DNA of 64,000 nucleotides, taken from positions 507-64,506 of the forward strand of contig JAICMG010000003.1 of assembly GCA_025929365.1 (NCBI GenBank), in the 5' to 3' direction. The stretch is from Frankiaceae bacterium (lineage in GTDB: Bacteria > Actinomycetota > Actinomycetes > JAFAQI01). The translations under genes and the position numbers were made by a program. Below the pieces are notes generated by a model. It did not search any database. It saw only the letters and a list, made by a program, of their open reading frames with translations, and had not been told where the DNA came from. Shown here in pieces: positions 58,799 to 64,000 of this stretch. Each line of letters opens with the position of its first letter. Position 1 is the first letter of the stretch.

Positions 58799-59728
58799 AT
58801 GACCGACTCGGTGAGAGACGTGATCATCGTCGGGTCCGGCCCCGCCGGATACACCGCCGGGCTGTACACCGCGCGCGCCAACCTGCACCCGCTCCTGATC
58901 GAGGGATTCGCCTACGGCGGCGCCCTGATGAACACGACCGAGGTCGAGAACTTCCCCGGATTCCCGGACGGTGTCATGGGCCCTGAGCTCATGGACATGA
59001 TGCGCAAGCAGGCCGAGAAGTTCGGCGCCGAGATCCTCACCGACGACGCGACCGAGCTCGATCTGGCCGGCGACGTCAAGCGGGTCACGGTCGGCGGCGA
59101 GGTGCACCTCGCGCGCACCGTGATCCTCGCGATGGGATCGGCGTACCGCGAGCTCGGGGTTCCGGGCGAGAAGGAGCTGTCCGGCCATGGGGTGTCGTGG
59201 TGTGCGACCTGCGATGGCTTCTTCTTCCGCGACCAGCCGATCGCCGTTGTCGGCGGCGGCGACTCCGCCGTCGAGGAGGCCACGTTCCTCACGAAGTTCG
59301 CCGAGTCGGTGACGATCGTGCATCGCCGCGATGCGTTGCGCGCCTCGAAGATCATGGCCGACCGGGCGCTGTCGAACCCCAAGATCTCCTTCGCCTGGAA
59401 CAGCGTCGTCAAGGAGGTGACCGGAGACGGAAAGGTCAACGGCCTCGTCCTCGAGGACGTCGCGACCGGCTCGACCTCGACGCTGCCGGTCGGCGGGGTG
59501 TTCGTCGCGATCGGTCACGATCCCCGCAGCGAGCTGGTCCGCGACCAGGTGACCCTCGACCCCGACGGGTACGTCGTCGTCGATGCACCACGGACCCGGA
59601 CCAACCTGCCGGGTGTCTTCGCCTGCGGCGACCTGGTCGACCGCACGTTCCGCCAGGCCATCACCGCCGCCGGCACGGGGTGCGCGGCGGCGATCGACGT
59701 CGAGAAGTACCTCGAAGACCTGCACTAA
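58799..59728 (+). CDS. trxB: Thioredoxin-disulfide reductase
   Basis: FAD motif [13 protein letters not shown] and redox-active site CATCDG. Confidence 0.92.
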   Translation: MTDSVRDVIIVGSGPAGYTAGLYTARANLHPLLIEGFAYGGALMNTTEVENFPGFPDGVMGPELMDMMRKQAEKFGAEILTDDATELDLAGDVKRVTVGGEVHLARTVILAMGSAYRELGVPGEKELSGHGVSWCATCDGFFFRDQPIAVVGGGDSAVEEATFLTKFAESVTIVHRRDALRASKIMADRALSNPKISFAWNSVVKEVTGDGKVNGLVLEDVATGSTSTLPVGGVFVAIGHDPRSELVRDQVTLDPDGYVVVDAPRTRTNLPGVFACGDLVDRTFRQAITAAGTGCAAAIDVEKYLEDLH

Positions 59729-59812
59729 AGCGACGGCGACTCCGAGACTGGGAACATCCCTGTCAACCACCGTGTTGAACCGCACGACCGACCGACTCCG
59801 AGGAGAGACCTG

Positions 59813-60139
59813 ATGGGTGCCGCCACCAAGACCGTCACCGACGCCACGTTCGACACCGAGGTGCTCGGCAGCGACGTACCCGTCATCGTCGACTTCTGGG
59901 CCGAGTGGTGCGGCCCGTGCAAGATGGTCGCTCCCGTCCTCGAGGAGATCGCGGCTGAGCACGCCGGCAAGATCGTCGTCGCGAAGCTCAACACCGACGA
60001 GAACCCGGAGATCACCCGGCGCTACCAGGTCATGTCGATCCCGACGATGTCGGTGTTCTCCGGCGGTGAGGTCGTGAAGTCGATCGTCGGCGCAAAGCCG
60101 AAGGCCGCCTTGCTCCGCGACCTCGAGGGCTACATCTAG
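59813..60139 (+). CDS. trxA: Thioredoxin
   Basis: WCGPC active site. Confidence 0.92.
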   Translation: MGAATKTVTDATFDTEVLGSDVPVIVDFWAEWCGPCKMVAPVLEEIAAEHAGKIVVAKLNTDENPEITRRYQVMSIPTMSVFSGGEVVKSIVGAKPKAALLRDLEGYI

Positions 60140-60191
60140 TCCGTACGGCCACTTCCGTAACAAGCCGCGAAATTCAAGGCTTGCAAGGGGT

Positions 60192-61358
60192 TTGACGGAC
60201 CCGCTCGCTGCGTACCATCGGCGCGTGAGCGAGTTTCGGCTGGGCGATCGCGGCCGCGGTGTCGCCGAGATCCGCTCGAAGCTCACCGGACTCGGTTTCC
60301 TCGACGGCAGCTCGGCGGTCTTGGAGCCGGACGGGTTCGATGCTGCGCTCGACCGCGCGGTGCGCGGCTTCCAGCAGGCCCGCGGGCTGCGCGCGGACGG
60401 AGTCGTCGGCCCGGAGACCTACCGCTGCCTCGACGAAGCGCACTGGCGGTTCGGCGATCGCGTCCTCACCTACACCGTCAACCGTCCGATCGTCGGCGAC
60501 GACGTCGCGACGCTGCAGCAGCGGCTGCTCGAGCTCGGGTTCGACCCAGGACGCTGCGACGGCATCTTCGGTCCCGCCACGGACGCCGCGCTGCGCGAGT
60601 TTCAGCGCAATGTCGGGCTTACTGCTGACGGCACGCTGGGCCCGGGGACGCTGCGCGCGCTCGAACAGCTGCGGCGCACCGTCACGGGCGGGTCCCCGTC
60701 GGAGCAGCGCGAAGAGGAACGGCTGCGGCGCAACGGCCAGACGCTGACCGGTCGCACGATCGTGCTCGACCCCGGCCACGGCGGTGCGGACGAGGGGGTG
60801 AGCGGAAACGGGCTGTTCGAGTCGGAGATCACCTACGACCTGGCCTCGCGGATCGAAGGGCGGCTCGGTGCGCTGGGTGTCACCACCTACCTCACGCGTA
60901 ACCAGGAGGCTCACCCGACCGACGCCGAACGCGCGCAGTTCGCCAATGACGTAGGCGCCCAGGTCTTCGTCTCCCTGCACCACGACGCGATCAGCAACTC
61001 CAGCGCGAGCGGAGTGGCGTGCTACTTCTACGGTTCGTCGATGCCCGGCCGCGCGTCGCGCTCGGCCGTGGGCGAGCGGCTCGCGGAGCTGATCGTGCGG
61101 GAGGTCGCGTCGCGGACCGACCTCGTGGACTGCCGCACCCATCCGAAGTCGTGGGAGCTGTTGCGGCTGACCCGAATGCCGGCGGTGCGGGTCGAGCCCG
61201 GCTACCTCAGCAGCCCCAGCGACGCGGCCCGCCTCGCGACCGGCGAGTTCCGTGACGCGCTCGCCGAGGCGGTCGTCGCGGCACTGCAGCGCCTGTACCT
61301 GCCGGAACACCTCGACGTGCCGACGGGTCAGTTTCGGATCGCGGCGTTAGCCGGCTGA
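60192..61358 (+). CDS. cwlM: N-acetylmuramoyl-L-alanine amidase with two peptidoglycan-binding domains (CwlM-like)
   Basis: Two PG_binding_1 repeats and an Amidase_3 domain. Position downstream of trxB-trxA matches cwlM. Confidence 0.8.
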   Translation: MTDPLAAYHRRVSEFRLGDRGRGVAEIRSKLTGLGFLDGSSAVLEPDGFDAALDRAVRGFQQARGLRADGVVGPETYRCLDEAHWRFGDRVLTYTVNRPIVGDDVATLQQRLLELGFDPGRCDGIFGPATDAALREFQRNVGLTADGTLGPGTLRALEQLRRTVTGGSPSEQREEERLRRNGQTLTGRTIVLDPGHGGADEGVSGNGLFESEITYDLASRIEGRLGALGVTTYLTRNQEAHPTDAERAQFANDVGAQVFVSLHHDAISNSSASGVACYFYGSSMPGRASRSAVGERLAELIVREVASRTDLVDCRTHPKSWELLRLTRMPAVRVEPGYLSSPSDAARLATGEFRDALAEAVVAALQRLYLPEHLDVPTGQFRIAALAG

Positions 61359-61602
61359 GTCCAGCGACAAGGTTCGGCCTGACTCTCGACCCGACATCAA
61401 GACCAAACACGAAAACGCGTCTCGACATGAGGCGCAGATCCGGTCGGGCGCGCGCTCGGCGATCGAGGCGGCCCTTCCGACACCATCACCTTGCCACGTC
61501 CGACTCGGCGGATGCCGTCCGACACGCCGCGGAGGTGCACGCCCTCGACGTGCTCGATCATGACCGGACGAAAATCGACGCCCTCAACGCGACGCTGAGG
61601 GG

Positions 61603-62286
61603 TTAGTTCGGGTTGGCCGGGGTGATGATGCGTTGCGCCGTGAAGGCGGGCGTACGCAGTCCGCCGTCGCCGGCCATCGATCCGAGCAGCCGCTCGAGGG
61701 CCACCTCGACATCCTCACGCCAGGACGCCACCGACTTCAGCTCCAGCCGAAGCCTCGGGTAGCGCGGGTGCGGACGGACGGTCTTGAACCCCACCGCGAG
61801 CAGGTAGTCGGCCGGAATCACGCAGTGCCCGATGCCCTCCCACGACAGGTCGCCGAACGCCTCGACCGCCTTGACCCCGCGGCGCACCAGGTCCTTGGCG
61901 ACACCCTGGATCAGCATGCGCCCGAGGCCGCCACCGGCGAACTCCGGCAGGACGTGCGCGGTCATCAGCAGCACCGCGTCCGCGCTGACCGGCGACGTCG
62001 GGAAAGCCACCGAGCGCGGCGAGTACGACGGCGGCGCGAACATCACGTAGCCGGCCGCCACCGCGTCGACGTACAGGATCTTCCCGCAGCTGCCCCACTC
62101 CAGCAGCGCCGCAGAGACCCAGGCCTCCTTCTCGAACTCGGTGTCGCCGCTCTCCGCGGCGCGGGCTCCGGTGCCCGGGTCGAGCTCCCAGAACACGCAG
62201 CGCCGGCAGCGGCTCGGCAGGTCGTCGAGGTTGTCGAGGGTGATGTTCACCAGCCGGCGCGTCATCGCGTCACAGCCATTCGTCAA
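61603..62286 (-). CDS. Conserved GNAT-like/acetyltransferase-fold protein (Rv3916c-like position)
   Basis: Conserved protein between cwlM and parB in actinobacteria. Confidence 0.5.
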   Translation of the reverse strand: MTNGCDAMTRRLVNITLDNLDDLPSRCRRCVFWELDPGTGARAAESGDTEFEKEAWVSAALLEWGSCGKILYVDAVAAGYVMFAPPSYSPRSVAFPTSPVSADAVLLMTAHVLPEFAGGGLGRMLIQGVAKDLVRRGVKAVEAFGDLSWEGIGHCVIPADYLLAVGFKTVRPHPRYPRLRLELKSVASWREDVEVALERLLGSMAGDGGLRTPAFTAQRIITPANPN

Positions 62287-62426
62287 CCCTCCGGCGCAGA
62301 CGCAGGCGCCCGCCGGCGGCGGGGGAATCGCCGGGAAGGAACCCTACTGCCGCTCACCCGTTTAGACCAGACCTCGAGACGTGGTTGTTGTCTGGTTTCG
62401 GTCGTCGGGTGGCTGGCGTGAGGTCC

Positions 62427-62644
62427 AACCCCGCTAAGACCAGGGGATAGCTCATGCTCCCCTCGCTTTCCGCTGCCCGGCTGCGGTTTCGATCCCTGAC
62501 CGCCGAGACCAACGTAAGTAGCCGAACTCGGGCGAAGTTAGGCCACCTACGTTGGGCTCGCGCTCAGGAATAGGACAAACGAGCCGTAACCGGGCGCCGC
62601 AAGGTAGGCGGGGGACCAAGCCATCCCCCTGGTCTTAGCGGGTT
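62427..62644. other. 218-bp element bounded by 17-20 bp perfect inverted repeats (AACCCCGCTAAGACCAGGGG ... CCCCCTGGTCTTAGCGGGTT) with internal hairpins; MITE-like or a structured RNA
   Basis: The inverted repeat is read directly from the sequence. It lies in the 397-bp parB to Rv3916c-like intergenic region. Confidence 0.4.
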
Positions 62645-62683
62645 TTGATCGAGCGGTGACCTCGCCGAGACCTTGTTCGACCC

Positions 62684-63603
62684 CTACTCCTCCTCGGCCG
62701 CGAGGGGGTTGCGCTCGACGACGCCCGGCGCGAGCAGCTTCAGCACCCGCTGCAGATCGCCCATCGAGGCGAACTGGACGACCAGCTTTCCGCGCTGCTT
62801 GCCGAGCTCCACCGTGACCCGGGTCTCGAGCAGGTCGGACAGCTCCGCGGCGAGCCGGTCCAATGCCGGCGAGGCGAGCGCCTTGCGCCGCGTGGTCTTC
62901 GGCCGGACCGCGGTCGCGCCGGAGGTCACGGCCTCCTCGGTCGCCCGCACCGACAGCCCTTCCGCCACGATCCGGGCCGCCAGCCGCTCCTGCGCGTCGG
63001 CGTCGTCGAGCGCGAGCAGCGCTCGGGCGTGGCCGGCGCTCAGCACCCCGGCTGCCACCCGTCGTTGCACCGCGGGCGGCAGCCCGAGCAGCCGGATCGT
63101 GTTGCTGACCTGCGATCGCGAGCGGCCGATCCGCTCGGCAAGCTCCTCGTGGGTCGCCCCGAACTCGTCGAGCAGCTGGCGGTACGCCGCGGCCTCTTCC
63201 AGCGGGTTCAGCTGCTGGCGGTGCAGGTTCTCCAGCAGTGCGTCGCGCAGCATCGCGTCGTCGCCGGTGTCGCGCACGATCGCCGGAACGACGGACAGGC
63301 CCGCCTCGCGCGACGCCCGAAGCCGGCGTTCGCCCATGACCAGCTGGTAGCGGCCGTCGGCGATCGCCCGGACGACGACGGGTTGCAGGACCCCGACCTC
63401 GCGGATGCTGGTGACCAGCTCCGCCATCGCCTCCTCGTCGAAGGCCTCGCGGGGCTGTCGCGGGTTCGGCTCGATCGCGTCAACCGCGACTTCCGCGAAA
63501 TGGGCGCCGAGCTCGGGATCGGCCTCGGGCGAGGCGGAGATCAGCGCGCCCAGCCCACGTCCCAGGCCGCCGCGCTTGACGTTGCTCACCGGCTGCCCGC
63601 CCA
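62684..63603 (-). CDS. parB: Chromosome partitioning protein ParB
   Basis: ParB box GERRLRA and an HTH. The start is at [18 protein letters not shown] (~63603, ±1 nt; the track ORF extends further upstream in a GC-rich frame). Confidence 0.85.
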
Positions 63604-64000
63604 TCCCCGCATCGCGAGATCGTATGCCGCCGCCTCGTAGGCCTGAGCACCGCGTGAAGAACGGTCGTAGGTCATCACGGTCTGCCCGAAGCCGGGCGCC
63701 TCGGACACCCGCACGCTGCGGGGGATCACCGCATCGAGCACCAGCGGCCCGAAATGCGCGCGGACATCGGCCACGACCTGATCGGCCAGCCGGGTCCGCC
63801 CGTCGTACATCGTGAGCAGGATGGTCGAGATCGACAGCCGCGCGTTGAGGTGCACCCGCACCAGCTCGATCGTCTCGAGCAGCTGGGTAAGGCCCTCCAG
63901 CGCGTAGAACTCGCACTGGACCGGAATCAGCACTTCGGCGGCGGCCACGAGCGCGTTGATCGTCAGCAACCCCAGCGACGGCGGGCAGTCGATGAAGACG
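63586..64000 (-). CDS. parA: Chromosome partitioning ATPase ParA/Soj (C-terminal part; N-terminus beyond window edge)
   Basis: ...[37 protein letters not shown]... It overlaps the parB start by ~18 nt. Confidence 0.85.
   Translation of the reverse strand, partial: VFIDCPPSLGLLTINALVAAAEVLIPVQCEFYALEGLTQLLETIELVRVHLNARLSISTILLTMYDGRTRLADQVVADVRAHFGPLVLDAVIPRSVRVSEAPGFGQTVMTYDRSSRGAQAYEAAAYDLAMRGWAGSR

Noticed and set aside
62470-62500. GGTTTCGATCC motif resembling a tRNA/tmRNA T-loop
   Set aside because: No acceptor, D or anticodon arms can be folded around it, and the flanks do not pair as a T-stem. It is part of the IR-bounded element instead.
63586-63640. Possible frameshift at the parB start
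   Set aside because: My base-by-base reading around 63595-63605 is one nucleotide out of register with the ORF-track translation (…[12 protein letters not shown]…). I cannot tell a counting error from a real indel. parB is otherwise full-length and the parA stop is consistent, so no pseudogene is called.
1-64000. CRISPR arrays, rRNA and tRNA genes
   Set aside because: No regularly spaced direct repeats with unique spacers, no rRNA-like conserved blocks and no cloverleaf-compatible sequences were seen.

Overview
This is a ~70% GC actinobacterial chromosomal window from the oriC-proximal region. Gene order resembles Mycobacterium/Nocardia-type genomes: a branched-chain keto-acid dehydrogenase operon, the rpsF-ssb-rpsR-rplI-dnaB block, ponA1, ino1, pcnA, mutT4-like, murJ, sigM with its anti-sigma, trxB-trxA-cwlM, and parB-parA at the right edge. 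The main finding is a 7.7-kb Tn7-like transposon (24450..32188) inserted 3-7 bp downstream of the dnaB stop codon. It has 24-bp imperfect terminal inverted repeats (TGTAGG...yTGTCC) and a perfect 5-bp target-site duplication (CGTTC). It carries tnsA-tnsB and a tnsC truncated by an orphan RHS C-terminal toxin cassette, plus a lipoprotein, an Xis-like HTH gene and an XRE-like HTH gene; no tniQ/tnsD is present, so it looks defective. Other notable items:
- dnaB carries a 411-aa Ala1 (class-3-like) intein in the P-loop, with a LAGLIDADG endonuclease and a Cys4 zinc ribbon.
- A secreted S8 subtilase ends in 14 near-perfect 15-nt tandem repeats (SNAWD pentapeptide) and sits directly upstream of a membrane GGDEF-EAL protein.
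- The dnaB leader contains a cluster of ATGTCACA palindromes.
- A PadR-type operator palindrome lies in a divergent promoter.
- A 218-bp element bounded by 17-20 bp inverted repeats lies downstream of parB (MITE or structured RNA).
- A glycosyltransferase-methyltransferase-prenyltransferase cassette is present.
No rRNA, tRNA or CRISPR array was found. Products are inferred from motifs visible in the translated ORFs; no database search was run.
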